A program made the position numbers and the translations under genes. A stretch of DNA of 63,973 bases, counting the filler, from a bacterium (GTDB taxonomy: Bacteria; UBA9089; CG2-30-40-21; SBAY01): the NCBI GenBank assembly GCA_040757115.1. It is 7 parts of 7 records of this genome, joined end to end, with 100 filler letters (N's around TTAATTAATTAA, not from the genome) between each part and the next. Parts side by side here need not be neighbours in the genome. Positions count along the whole stretch, not along the records: positions 1 to 9,558 come from JBFLYA010000144.1; positions 9,659 to 19,204 come from JBFLYA010000145.1; 5 more parts are not named here. One strand, given 5' to 3'. Positions 1-9,807 of this stretch are shown here, one piece after another (the stretch's first letter is position 1; each line of letters opens with the position of its first letter). The notes beneath the pieces were generated by a model, which did no database searches, was not told where the DNA came from, and saw only the letters and a program-made list of their open reading frames with translations.

Positions 1-2
1 CT

Positions 3-107
3 CTCATAAGATTCAATGATAGTGATGTAAAGAAAGATATAGACAATGTTTTAAGGGCAATTGAAGGATGGATTGAACAATCACAACCCCCTAACCCCCT
101 TTATTAA
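3..107 (+). CDS. 3' end of DUF559 (Vsr-like) endonuclease, truncated by the window start
   Basis: Frame 3 reads LIRFNDSDVKKDIDNVLRAIEGWIEQSQPPNPLY*, resembling the DUF559 C-terminus. It ends inside a CCCCCTAACCCCCTTTATTAAGGGGGA hairpin. Confidence 0.6.
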   Translation, partial: LIRFNDSDVKKDIDNVLRAIEGWIEQSQPPNPLY

Positions 108-115
108 GGGGGAAT
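84..115. repeat. REP-like hairpin CAACCCCCTAACCCCCTTTATTAAGGGGGAAT; second copy at ~58460-58491
   Basis: Identical 32-mer seen at both positions; CCCCCTT/AAGGGGG stem. Confidence 0.8.
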
Positions 116-366
116 TGCCTGGAAACCCGGGGTAAGTGTAGCCTCCCTCTGGGTAGAGGGGAAAAAGTAAAATTGCCCTCCACCCCTATTTAAAAGGGGT
201 GAAAATCAAGAAAAAGCAAGAAATTGACATTTGCAACTCTTTTGAAATCAAGGAGTTATATAGTAGGAGGGCAATAAGAAAAAAGCGTATTTGTAACTTC
301 TTGTTAATCAAGGAGTTATGAATTTCGTGAAAGGCTGTAATAAAAATAAAAAGGAGGTAAACTATC

Positions 367-1239
367 ATGTTAAAGAAAAATATTATGATAGTAGTATTAG
401 GAGGAGTTATATCCGTATGGTTAACATCTTTTTCTTTTGCGGCTTTTAAATTTGAAGGGGTTGGTGCAAGACCTTTAGGTATGGGAGGTGCATTTGTGGG
501 ATTAGCCAATGATATTAATACACTTTATTATAATCCCGCGGGTTTAGCCGATATACGCGAACGGATAGAAACCTATATGTATTCCCAGAAATTAGAGGTT
601 CTAAAATATCATTATGTTGGTATTGCCCAAAAAAATGTTGGATTTAGTTTCGTTACTCAAAATACAGGGGATGAATTAGGTGGTAAGAATATAAATCAGC
701 AAAAATTAGATATGAGTGAATCTGTTCTTGCCCTTTCTTATGGGGGATATATAATAGAGACAATGCCTGAGTTAGCCTTAGGAGGGAATCTAAGAGTGCT
801 AAATTTGAATTCACCTACAAGATCAGGTTCGGGATTTTGTTTTGATATTGGGGCTTTGTATAAACATCCAATGTATGAACATATATCTTATGGGGTAGTC
901 ATCCGTAATATTAATGCAGAGACTCTGGATGAAGAAATAGATGAGGTATTTTCTGTTGGGGTAGGATATAAATTAGATAGCCCCAAAATGATATTTGCCG
1001 CTGATATAACTACTAAAAAAGATTATGCAAAAACAAGTGATACAAAATATGGCTATAATTTAGGATTAGAATATACACCTATTCCCATTTTAGCCGTGAG
1101 ACTGGGCCTGGCAGATGGGAATATTACCTGGGGGATGGGTTTTGCACAGGAGAAATGGCAGTTGGATTATGCCTTTGGTTCTATCGATGCGATAGAAGAT
1201 TTTAACAACCACTATATCTCTTGCACCTTAAAGTTCTAA
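367..1239 (+). CDS. PorV/PorQ (UPF0164)-like outer-membrane beta-barrel protein
   Basis: Signal peptide, GARPLGMGGAF..YYNPAGLA motif, C-terminal Phe, AGGAGG RBS. Confidence 0.8.
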   Translation: MLKKNIMIVVLGGVISVWLTSFSFAAFKFEGVGARPLGMGGAFVGLANDINTLYYNPAGLADIRERIETYMYSQKLEVLKYHYVGIAQKNVGFSFVTQNTGDELGGKNINQQKLDMSESVLALSYGGYIIETMPELALGGNLRVLNLNSPTRSGSGFCFDIGALYKHPMYEHISYGVVIRNINAETLDEEIDEVFSVGVGYKLDSPKMIFAADITTKKDYAKTSDTKYGYNLGLEYTPIPILAVRLGLADGNITWGMGFAQEKWQLDYAFGSIDAIEDFNNHYISCTLKF

Positions 1240-1267
1240 ATAGATGTAACTATACTCAAATAAATTG

Positions 1268-1387
1268 AGTTTGCAAATATTTTGTTCTAAAAAGGGATCA
1301 AGGATTCGAGGGGTGAAGGATTCAAGTGCTTGAAAAATAAGGTGTTCACTCGACCCTTGAATCCTTTCAAGAAAGTTTTTGCAAACT
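1268..1387. repeat. Small inverted-repeat element with internal octamer-like repeats
   Basis: AGTTTGCAAA ... TTTGCAAACT ends; internal GGATTC(A/G)AG-type units and their complements. Confidence 0.5.
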
Positions 1388-1410
1388 AGTTTTGTTTGGG
1401 TATATTTAGC

Positions 1411-1522
1411 CATCTGAAGTGAAACAAGAGGTAATGTTTGTCAGGTTCAGGGTTCAAGGAGCAAGGTAGAAAATAAGCCCCCGTGTTCCGTGGTTGGTGA
1501 ACCGACTGTCTTACTTCAGATG
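1411..1522. repeat. Inverted-repeat element or hairpin
   Basis: CATCTGAAGT (1411-1420) pairs with ACTTCAGATG (1513-1522). Confidence 0.45.
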
Positions 1523-1592
1523 AGTAAATAAATAATTACCCAAAATTTATAAATAGTCTTAAAAATGAACAGTAAAAAGGGGAGAGGATAAA

Positions 1593-2315
1593 ATGATAAA
1601 ATATAATTTAAAAACATTAATTTCGACAATAATTGCTATTTCTCTCATATTTCCTACCTCAGTGAGTGCTAAAATTACCCCTAAAGAAATAAAAGATAAA
1701 AAGGTTGAAGTTATTACTATTAAAAAAGGTGATACCTTATGGGATATAGCTAAAGTTTGTTATAAAAACCCATTTATGTGGAAAAAATTCCAGGAATTTA
1801 ATATTATTACCAACCCTGATTTGATTTTTCCAGGTGAGAAATTAGTCATTAGCGCTGAAGATGCTAAAAAATTAAAGGAGATATTAGAAAAGAGAGTAAT
1901 TGAGGTAAAAGAAGAGATAAAAGAAATAAAAGAGAAAAAAGAGATACTTAAGAAGAAAAAAGAAGAAAAACCTGAAAAAGTAGAAGTGATAAAAGAAGTT
2001 ATCAAAGAAAAAGAAGTTAAAGTTCCTGTTCCAGATGAAGCGCTTCTAAAGAAAATTGCGATGTTAGAACAGGAAATAAAGTTATTAAAAAAAGCAGGGA
2101 AAAAAGACGAGAAGCCGCCTCAAAAGGAAATTAGGGTATTAAAAGAGCAGATAACATCTTTACAAGAGGAAGAAGCAATACTACAGGCATCTATCGTTGA
2201 ATTAGAAGAAAAACTTGCTATAGAAAAAACAGACAAACAAGAATTAGAGGGATTTTCACAATTTCTGGCTGTAGGTATAATGTGTGCAGTTATACTTTTG
2301 AATACATTTAAATAA
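1593..2315 (+). CDS. LysM peptidoglycan-binding protein with coiled coil and C-terminal TM segment
   Basis: IKKGDTLWDIA...NPDLIFPGEKLVI LysM motif, signal peptide, E/K-rich coil. Confidence 0.85.
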   Translation: MIKYNLKTLISTIIAISLIFPTSVSAKITPKEIKDKKVEVITIKKGDTLWDIAKVCYKNPFMWKKFQEFNIITNPDLIFPGEKLVISAEDAKKLKEILEKRVIEVKEEIKEIKEKKEILKKKKEEKPEKVEVIKEVIKEKEVKVPVPDEALLKKIAMLEQEIKLLKKAGKKDEKPPQKEIRVLKEQITSLQEEEAILQASIVELEEKLAIEKTDKQELEGFSQFLAVGIMCAVILLNTFK

Positions 2316-2626
2316 TGCTCTGTCATACTTCAATTGATAGATAAAAGGTAATTGTTCACCGCAGAGACGCAGAGAAAGAGAGAGGAAAATATCTTTTTTT
2401 TTCGTGTTTTTCGGTGTTTAAAAAGGCTTAAAAACAATTACTCGAAAGTAAGTATTAAAAGATTAATAAACAACGAAAGACCCAAAATGCACAAAAAAAA
2501 GGAAATTTCTGTTTCTGGTGAATAGATTTTAATTTTTTGTAACCGTTCAGGGCTATACATTACAGGGCTATACATTAGAAGTGTAAACAAGGAGAAATGG
2601 GGAAAAGGGAGAATTAGAGAAATGGC

Positions 2627-3190
2627 TCAAACTTTTTCTTGCTCCACCCTTCGAACATCAATCTTGGAGTCTGCGAAATTTACCAGTAACCCTATTTCTT
2701 TATCCACTGCTCTAAGGTATGCTCTAACCTGATTATAATACTTCCCACTTATCTCCTCAACAGTTTTAATCTCTACCACAATCTCATCTTCAACAAAAAG
2801 ATCAAGTCTATCAATCCCAACCTCAACACCTTGATAGAATATCTTGACTTCTTTTTCTGATTCAAAGATGATGTTCTGTCTTGCAAACTCAACCTTCAAG
2901 GCATTGTGATAGATGCTCTCCAGAAAACCAGGTCCTAATGTCGTGTTGAACAAATAACGCACGGAATTCGATTCTGGTAACTGGTGATTGGTAACTGGTA
3001 ATTAAATACCGTTCGGCTGAGCTCAGGACGAAACTATTTAACCAATTACCAATTACCAGTTACCAATTATCCGTTTGCAGGTTACGAAACCTGATGATGC
3101 CCCGTGCAAAACTTACTCAATACGACACTAACTTTTGATGGACATTAATACAGGCATTAATAATCCTATCAGTTAACTCTTTTTCTCCAT
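2627..3190 (-). pseudogene. GxxExxY (PD-(D/E)XK-like) protein interrupted by a MITE
   Basis: Removing 2939-3131 rejoins KELTDRIINACINVHQKL with GPGFLESIYHNAL...DLFVEDEIVVEIK. The ATG at 3190 is out of frame with this by one base in an A-run. Confidence 0.85.
2939..3127. mobile_element. 189-bp MITE (family B), TSD CTAA
   Basis: TGTCGTGTTGA ... TCAATACGACA TIRs, flanked by CTAA on both sides; interrupts a gene. Confidence 0.9.
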
Positions 3191-3307
3191 TTCTCCATCT
3201 TCTCTCCCTTTCTCCTTATTTTTATCCTACCTGAACTCTTACAATTTTTTCTGTGCATCTCTGTGTCTTTGCGGTGAAACGGTTACGAAGGTTTAATCTC
3301 TCACTAA

Positions 3308-4315
3308 TTATTTCATAAAGAAAAGTCCTGCCAGAAAGATTAAATAAAATCCACTAGCTCCTAATAATACATAAGGATTAATTTTTTCTTGAATACTCAT
3401 CATTATAAAAATAAGTGTAGAAACTACTATGGGAATACCGCCTGTTAGAAGTGCTATTCCCTGTAAGTGCCAGGGACTAAATAAAATTCCTAACATAACC
3501 AGAATAGTAGCTTGAAATATCATCGAACTAATTATATTGCTTAATGCCAATGTATCTTTGTTATCTTTTAACCATATAATTATATTAATTTTTGAAGGAA
3601 TTTCAATTACCAGAGGAGCAAAGATTATCGCTAAAATTAACCCTAATAATGGAGATTGAATTCCAATAGTTATTTCTTTCATAGTATGAACAAATAAATA
3701 ACTCCCTCCGATTAAAGATATTAAAGAAATGACAAGTTGGGAGATAATAGTTGCTGATGTTGTTTCTCCTCTACCCCCTGAGAAGTATAATGGGGTGTAG
3801 AGTTCTTCAAATGCTCTTTCTTCATAAGCAATACTTCGATAGAGATAATAGCCATAAATTATTAATAAAACAAATCCAATGAATATTTGTGGGAACTTAT
3901 CTTCAAGTAACCCTGCAAATATGGCGAAGGAGTAAGTAATTAAGAAAAATTTCAAATCTCTTGATATAATTAGCTCATCAGCGTCTATTTCACTATCTCG
4001 CTCGCCTTTTTTAGCCAGTAATATAATTGTCAATCCAAATATACCAGGGGCTAATGTGGATAAAATAAGTGGTGCACCAATGATTGCTCCAATACCTATT
4101 GGTATAGTTTCTGTTCCACGGAGGAAAATAAAGGCAGTTAAAGGAATTATTATCTGTGGAAGACATTTCCCTGTGATTGAGATGATATTTCCAATAGTTC
4201 CTTCGGCTAATTCAAATGTCTTCCCCAGCCATTCTATAGCATTATTGAAAAAGAAACAGGAAATAAAGATTAATCCTATGCTTAAAACAAATAAGATAAT
4301 TGAAATAATCTCCAT
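3308..4315 (-). CDS. Sodium/calcium exchanger family membrane protein
   Basis: About 10 TM helices; alpha-repeat-like GKCLPQ and EIPSK segments; GIGAIIGAP. Confidence 0.75.
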   Translation of the reverse strand: MEIISIILFVLSIGLIFISCFFFNNAIEWLGKTFELAEGTIGNIISITGKCLPQIIIPLTAFIFLRGTETIPIGIGAIIGAPLILSTLAPGIFGLTIILLAKKGERDSEIDADELIISRDLKFFLITYSFAIFAGLLEDKFPQIFIGFVLLIIYGYYLYRSIAYEERAFEELYTPLYFSGGRGETTSATIISQLVISLISLIGGSYLFVHTMKEITIGIQSPLLGLILAIIFAPLVIEIPSKINIIIWLKDNKDTLALSNIISSMIFQATILVMLGILFSPWHLQGIALLTGGIPIVVSTLIFIMMSIQEKINPYVLLGASGFYLIFLAGLFFMK

Positions 4316-4741
4316 GATTTTTCTTCTCCTGAAAATAGAAAGTAGAGAGTAGAGAGTAGAAAGTAGAAAGTAAAGAAAACATCACTCCTCACGCTTATCT
4401 CCCCATCTCCCACCTTCTATCTACTATTTTCATCTTCATTTGTGAACTAACGGTTCATGACCGTTTCCTCTGAAAATGAACGCAGATTTATTCGTCCTTC
4501 TAAATAAATTATCGGCATTTTAATAAAATACTTTAGATGGGACGGTCTATTTTTTTTCGTTTTTACAAAATAAAAACTGGAAAACCTAACTTTTCTGGGA
4601 CGGTTCACTTTTGTTTGAAAGATTGCGGTTAGAAATTCGAAATTAGAAATTGGGACAAAAATCAAGAATCTTTCTCTCTAATTTCGAATTTCCAATTTCA
4701 ATTCTCTCTATTCTTTTATATCCAACTCTTCCAATCTACCA

Positions 4742-6583
4742 TCAAATATTTAACCCAATGCGTTTTTCATCAATACTGCCAATAAGTAATTTAGCCGCCT
4801 GAGATGGGTCTGTTTCTAAAATAATCCTTCCTTCAAATAATTCTATGACCTTTTTAGCAAGTATATTGCCAATGAGGGGACTACTAAGAATGGTTTGATT
4901 TAATCCAAAGTGGACTGGAATTCCTAAACTTAGAAGTCCAAATCCCATCGCCGTTGGTTTTTCTATTCCCAATTCATTGACAATAGCGACTATTGGGAGG
5001 TCTTTTAATTGCATATCAAGTCTTGTGGCAATAGCGAATAAAAGATTTAAAATATGAGCAAAATCAATCATACTCCCAAAATGCCAGATAGGTGGTAGAG
5101 CCTTTTCAATATTAGATTGTCGGGCTAAACTACACAGGATATTTCCCAGTTTTTGACCTGCATATTCAACGACGGCAGTGGTATTCATAAGTCCTGCAGA
5201 AATACAGGAATAAATACTACATCCTGTGCCTAATATCAATATATTTTTCTTTAGGAGTTCTTTGACTATTTGGAGATGAGTTTCATTAAGTTTTGGACAA
5301 CCAATTAATAAAGCAAATCCCTGTATTTCACCAGATACCAACCAATGAAGTAAAGGTTTGAAGGGGTCAATTGAATTTAACTTGCTTAAAATATCAACCA
5401 GTCCTTCAAAAGAAAAACCTGCAGAAAATGACATTAGTTTTTTTGGAGAATCTATGGAGATAGTTTTTTTACGGTTTGCAAAATTGCTAATAGCGGTCTC
5501 GATAATTTCAACGGCTTTTATATCGTTTATTTCTTGAGTATTGATAAATTGTGTATGGAAAGAATTTACCATTTGTTTTAGAGCAGGATAAACACATCCC
5601 TCATCTGCCATGACCATTTCCACTAAACCTGTCCCCACAGCAAGTTCTTGAAGGTCTGCCCCACCGAGCCAATGAATATTACCTCGACCTAATATTTCAT
5701 TTCCAATACAACCCAAACCCAGGATATTTATTCCCGTTGCTCCCTGATGATGAGCCTTCGTTATCATTTCTTCAGAATTTGCTAATTGGACAATTTTGTC
5801 GCCTGATAATGGGAAATGTCCGATTAAGATAATATTTACCTGCGGTTGTTCTAAAATCTCCATTCCTGTTTTTGTCTCAACTAATTGATGTGGCAAAAGA
5901 AGGGTATCTTGAAGTTCTGAGGCAATAATCATTGTCAAAAGGTTTGTTAATCCAATCTTAAATCCCTGTATTAAAAAATCCTCTTCATTTGAAGTAACAC
6001 CCAGACTACATAAATGATTACCCTGTAAGATTTCACTTGTGGCTGAATTGGGGAAGATATTCTTTTCAATAAGGTCAAGTCTTACTCGTTTTGGAAGATA
6101 GTTATAGACAAACCGTGTAGATACAGGAGAATTCTGTATTGGATTTTCAATATCCGCAAGAGCCTTTAATGCTACTTCTTTTTTGTCTAATAGTATGTCA
6201 AGTCTTTTGGCTATTTGTTGTAGTTTGCCTTCATTTTTTATCCGGCAAGATGTATCTAACAAAGAGAAGGCAATCTGTTTAGCATAAATTATACTTGAGG
6301 TTGTTCCTTTTATGATGGACGATAGAAGGTTTTTAGCAATGATAGTATCTAATGTATCCCCACAGATACCTGTTAGTTTTTGTTTATGGATTAATTTTAA
6401 ATGAAGTGGGAGTTGACTATGGCTGAGTTGACAGGGGCCCATAGCACATTGATTACAGCAGACTAATAATTGAGCAAAGGCACATTGAGTTTTGTGATAT
6501 TTATTTTGGCGATGAAAAATGGTTTCAATATTTTGGTTATTTTCATGATTAAAAAAATCATTTCTTTTTATCATAATTAACAA
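4742..6583 (-). CDS. cooS: CooS-like (Ni-CO dehydrogenase/Prismane family) protein with a degenerate active site
   Basis: CCNQCAMGPC, GICG, GTGC, PPIWHFGS and EK motifs align to CooS. The true start may be the ATG at 6574. Confidence 0.8.
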   Translation of the reverse strand: MLIMIKRNDFFNHENNQNIETIFHRQNKYHKTQCAFAQLLVCCNQCAMGPCQLSHSQLPLHLKLIHKQKLTGICGDTLDTIIAKNLLSSIIKGTTSSIIYAKQIAFSLLDTSCRIKNEGKLQQIAKRLDILLDKKEVALKALADIENPIQNSPVSTRFVYNYLPKRVRLDLIEKNIFPNSATSEILQGNHLCSLGVTSNEEDFLIQGFKIGLTNLLTMIIASELQDTLLLPHQLVETKTGMEILEQPQVNIILIGHFPLSGDKIVQLANSEEMITKAHHQGATGINILGLGCIGNEILGRGNIHWLGGADLQELAVGTGLVEMVMADEGCVYPALKQMVNSFHTQFINTQEINDIKAVEIIETAISNFANRKKTISIDSPKKLMSFSAGFSFEGLVDILSKLNSIDPFKPLLHWLVSGEIQGFALLIGCPKLNETHLQIVKELLKKNILILGTGCSIYSCISAGLMNTTAVVEYAGQKLGNILCSLARQSNIEKALPPIWHFGSMIDFAHILNLLFAIATRLDMQLKDLPIVAIVNELGIEKPTAMGFGLLSLGIPVHFGLNQTILSSPLIGNILAKKVIELFEGRIILETDPSQAAKLLIGSIDEKRIGLNI

Positions 6584-6587
6584 CTTT

Positions 6588-8588
6588 CTATTTTTTACTT
6601 TCTAAAGAAGTTGGGAGAATATACGGTGTGATATAAATGACAAGTTGTGATTGCGATTCCTCTTTTGTTAATTTTTTAAATAGATACCCAATAATTGGGA
6701 TTCGTCCTAATATAGGGACTCTGGATTCTGATTCATTTTTCTTTGATTGAACTAATCCACCGATAACGATTGTTTCTCCATTTTTCACTCTAATTGTTGT
6801 GTTAACCTTTCGTTCGCTGGTAATGGGCAAGGAACCGCCACCGGCTCCTGTTTCTGTTTCGCCTGTTTTATCACTAACTTCTGGTGAGATTTCGACATTA
6901 ATTTCACTCGAGGCAGTCACCCAGGGTTTAATTTTTAATTTTATCCCTGTTTCGACTACCCTTGGCACACCAACAGGTTCTAATTTTCCAGTCGCTTCAT
7001 TATATCTATGTTCTCGATACCGATACATTGTCAAAACATCAATATTTGCCTCATGTCCATTTAGAGTAGCAAGAGTAGGATTAGCCCGAATAGTTGCCTT
7101 TCCCTCTTTTATCAAAGCCCTTAGACTTGCGGAGAATTCTTTACTTAATTCCCCAACTTTATAAGTTAGTGGTAAAGGTATAATCTGGTCTGGAAATAGT
7201 TTTATATCAATATTTCCTTTTTGATATTTTGCCTCTGCTAATCCTAATTCTCGACCCCATGTTGTTGTATAATCAACAATTAAAGCCTCAATCATAATTT
7301 GAGGGGCTGGTTTGTCTATTTGAGAGAGATATTCCTTCACTTTATCAATTAGTTGTTGAGTGCCGATAATCGCCAGGGCATTTTGGTCTTTAAGTAATTT
7401 AATATTGGTTTTAGGAAAGGCATCTGGCAGAGATTTTAAAGCCTCTTCTACATTTATCCAGTTAACCTTAATTACCTCTGAATTAACAAAGGTAAGAGCC
7501 GCCGCACTTAAAGATACCCCCTCTCCTATAATATAAGTTCCATTACTTTTAGTAAATGTAAAATTAGTTCCTTCTAATATTAGTCCTAATAGTTTTTCTA
7601 AAGGGACATCAGTGAGATGAGCATCTACTTTACCCTTGACATAGCCTGCGGTAACAATATCAATCTTTCCTTGAACCGCAATCGCCCTTATGACCTCTTC
7701 TAAGTTTGCGGATTTTAAATCTACAGTAAACAATCCTTCCTGGTTGACCATAATAGAAAATGTTTTTTTACCTTCCATTCTGGTCACTTGAAAGATTTCA
7801 TTAATCTTTTCTACAGTAAAGCCATTAGTTTCTAAAAGAGCCCGCAATCCTACTTCTAATGGTGCATTTTCAAGATGAGAAGATACCTCACCAACAACTG
7901 ACCTATCGGCAACAATATTTATTCCCCCTTGAATGGATATTTCGCGTAATACCTTAAGTATATCAGCAGATTTAACATCCAGTGATAATAGTCCATTTTT
8001 AACAATAATTGTTCCTATTCTCTCTTCTTCTTCGCCACCTGCTCCAACGACATATATATCTTTTACCTTTCGATATTTAAAGCCACCCGTTCTAAGTATT
8101 CGTTCAAGACTTGTTTCTACCGGGACATTTTTTAGATATATTGATATTTCTCCAACAACAGATTTATCCGTAATAATATTAACTCCACTTTGTAAAGATA
8201 TGTCTCGTAGGATTTCATTAATATCTACTTTTTTTGCATCTAAGGTTAAATATCCACGCTCTACAGATAAGGTATAAGGTTTTTTTAAATCAATTTTTTT
8301 TACCTTATAAATATCACCTTTTTTTTCATAAGTTAATCCATGGGCATTAAGTAAAGCCATTAATCCTGTTTCAAAAGGGACTTTTGTCAGGTGTATTGTT
8401 ACTCGTCCTTTGATAGGTTCATCTGTGACAATATTAACTTTTTGCTGTGAGGCTAATGAGCGTAAAACATCATTTATATCCGCCTCACGGTAATCAATGG
8501 TAATAAGATTAGGTGTTGTTATTTCTTCAGTTACGGCTAATGAAGAGCCAATTAAAAGAAATAAAGTAGCAAGTAATATCTTTTTCAA
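6588..8588 (-). CDS. Secretin (GspD/PilQ family) with repeated STN/N domains
   Basis: QIMIEALIV, PTLATLNGHEA and GETIVIGGL..VPILGRIPIIGYLFK secretin motifs. Confidence 0.9.
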   Translation of the reverse strand: MKKILLATLFLLIGSSLAVTEEITTPNLITIDYREADINDVLRSLASQQKVNIVTDEPIKGRVTIHLTKVPFETGLMALLNAHGLTYEKKGDIYKVKKIDLKKPYTLSVERGYLTLDAKKVDINEILRDISLQSGVNIITDKSVVGEISIYLKNVPVETSLERILRTGGFKYRKVKDIYVVGAGGEEEERIGTIIVKNGLLSLDVKSADILKVLREISIQGGINIVADRSVVGEVSSHLENAPLEVGLRALLETNGFTVEKINEIFQVTRMEGKKTFSIMVNQEGLFTVDLKSANLEEVIRAIAVQGKIDIVTAGYVKGKVDAHLTDVPLEKLLGLILEGTNFTFTKSNGTYIIGEGVSLSAAALTFVNSEVIKVNWINVEEALKSLPDAFPKTNIKLLKDQNALAIIGTQQLIDKVKEYLSQIDKPAPQIMIEALIVDYTTTWGRELGLAEAKYQKGNIDIKLFPDQIIPLPLTYKVGELSKEFSASLRALIKEGKATIRANPTLATLNGHEANIDVLTMYRYREHRYNEATGKLEPVGVPRVVETGIKLKIKPWVTASSEINVEISPEVSDKTGETETGAGGGSLPITSERKVNTTIRVKNGETIVIGGLVQSKKNESESRVPILGRIPIIGYLFKKLTKEESQSQLVIYITPYILPTSLESKK

Positions 8589-8724
8589 ATCTTCACCTCT
8601 TGTGTAAAATAAAAGGAAATATGGAGATTATGTATGGGAAAGTGAGATTCACTGCTTACCTTCTCCCCTTCATCATCTCCCTTATTTCCCTTTTATACTT
8701 CAGCTGTATAAACCTGAATGGTGA

Positions 8725-9258
8725 CTATATTTCATGTCCATAATTAGAGTAATAGATAGTAGATGAAAGGTTATTAAAGGCATTGGTATCTTGATGAGTA
8801 CAATTTATCCGCACATCGCCACTGTTAGAGCTATATATCCATCCACCTATGTCATTAATTTGTCCCTGTGCTATTTCATCATAGAGGTTAGTTGGGACAT
8901 AGTGAATATGTGTTTCAGTTTCTTCAGTATGCGGATGTGGATTAGACCGTTGAAGTGTTGCTCTGGGTATCTTTTGAATATAGTCAGGCACAAAAGGAGG
9001 ATAAGTTTCACCGCCATTATCCCACTTTTCAGTATTTAATAGTCTGGGCCACATTCCTCTCGTATCCGCAAAATAAATAACGATAGATGCTCGCAATGCT
9101 CCTAAATTAGCTTTTGCCGCGGCTTCTCTTGCCTTATCTATCAATTGCATAAATTTAACTACACTTATCGCGGCTAAAACACCTATTATTCCAACAACAA
9201 TCATTAACTCAAGAAGGGTAAATCCACCCTTATTATTCTTTTTCATGAAATTCCTCAT
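8725..9258 (-). CDS. Type IV pilin or T2SS pseudopilin
   Basis: GFTLLELMIVV N-methyl-Phe prepilin motif. Confidence 0.9.
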   Translation of the reverse strand: MRNFMKKNNKGGFTLLELMIVVGIIGVLAAISVVKFMQLIDKAREAAAKANLGALRASIVIYFADTRGMWPRLLNTEKWDNGGETYPPFVPDYIQKIPRATLQRSNPHPHTEETETHIHYVPTNLYDEIAQGQINDIGGWIYSSNSGDVRINCTHQDTNAFNNLSSTIYYSNYGHEI

Positions 9259-9488
9259 TATCTATTTATCAATTCTCATTTTTAGGGTTCTGCAAAACCA
9301 AGAAACTGTAGTTGTTAAGCGGGTATTTAAAACCTCTATTTTTATCAATTTCCTCCAAAGAGCAAAATGCAAAACTCGTTTATAGTTTAGGGTTTATAGT
9401 GTATAGTTTATAGTGTATAGTTTATAGTCCTTCAACTATCAACTATAAACTATCAACTATAAACTATCTTTGCCAAAGTTCAGTAAAA

Positions 9489-9557
9489 TTATCTCTTTCC
9501 TTTCAGCGTTAAAATACTTGAAGCAAAGATATTACCAAATTCCTCCAACTCTTTGAG
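9489..9557 (-). pseudogene. 3' end of a four-helix-bundle (23S rRNA IVP-like) gene at a contig edge
   Basis: LKELEEFGNIFASSILTLKGKR*; identical DNA at 59747-59815; adjacent heptamer tracts at 9378-9467. Confidence 0.65.
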
Positions 9558-9558
9558 A

Positions 9559-9658
9559 NNNNNNNNNNNNNNNNNNNNNNNNNNNNNNNNNNNNNNNNNN
9601 NNTTAATTAATTAANNNNNNNNNNNNNNNNNNNNNNNNNNNNNNNNNNNNNNNNNNNN
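9559..9658. other. Assembly linker; also at 19205-19304, 28579-28678, 37760-37859, 46930-47029 and 56074-56173
   Basis: 100-nt N runs with central TTAATTAATTAA (stops in all six frames). Confidence 0.97.
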
Positions 9659-9780
9659 TTCCACAATCAATTTCTACCTATTTCTATAAATTTCAATCTA
9701 TTTCTATTATCTTATCTCCATATCACTCTTATCTCCTTATCCCCTTTCTTACACTTTTGATATATAGCCTGAACGGTTAC
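9659..9780 (-). mobile_element. Partial copy of the 237-bp GTAAC-TIR MITE at a contig edge
   Basis: Reverse complement of the left half of 17941-18177. Confidence 0.9.
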
Positions 9781-9807
9781 CAAATACCAGTATCTCCCAG
9801 TCTTTAC

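Larger units (their letters stand above)
2539..3242. mobile_element. GTAAC-TIR element carrying a GxxExxY gene, 8-bp TSD AATTTTTT
   Basis: GTAACCGTTCAG ... CTGAACTCTTAC; AATTTTTT at 2531-2538 and 3243-3250. Confidence 0.85.
2348..3286 (-). mobile_element. Outer MITE of the GTAAC-TIR family, split by a nested insertion
   Basis: 2348-2538 plus 3251-3286 is the reverse complement of the intact copy at 38861-39109. Confidence 0.8.

Noticed and set aside
9559-9658. TTAATTAATTAA palindrome within N runs (six times)
   Set aside because: Artificial contig linker. ORFs containing X runs and cross-linker neighbourhoods are not biological.
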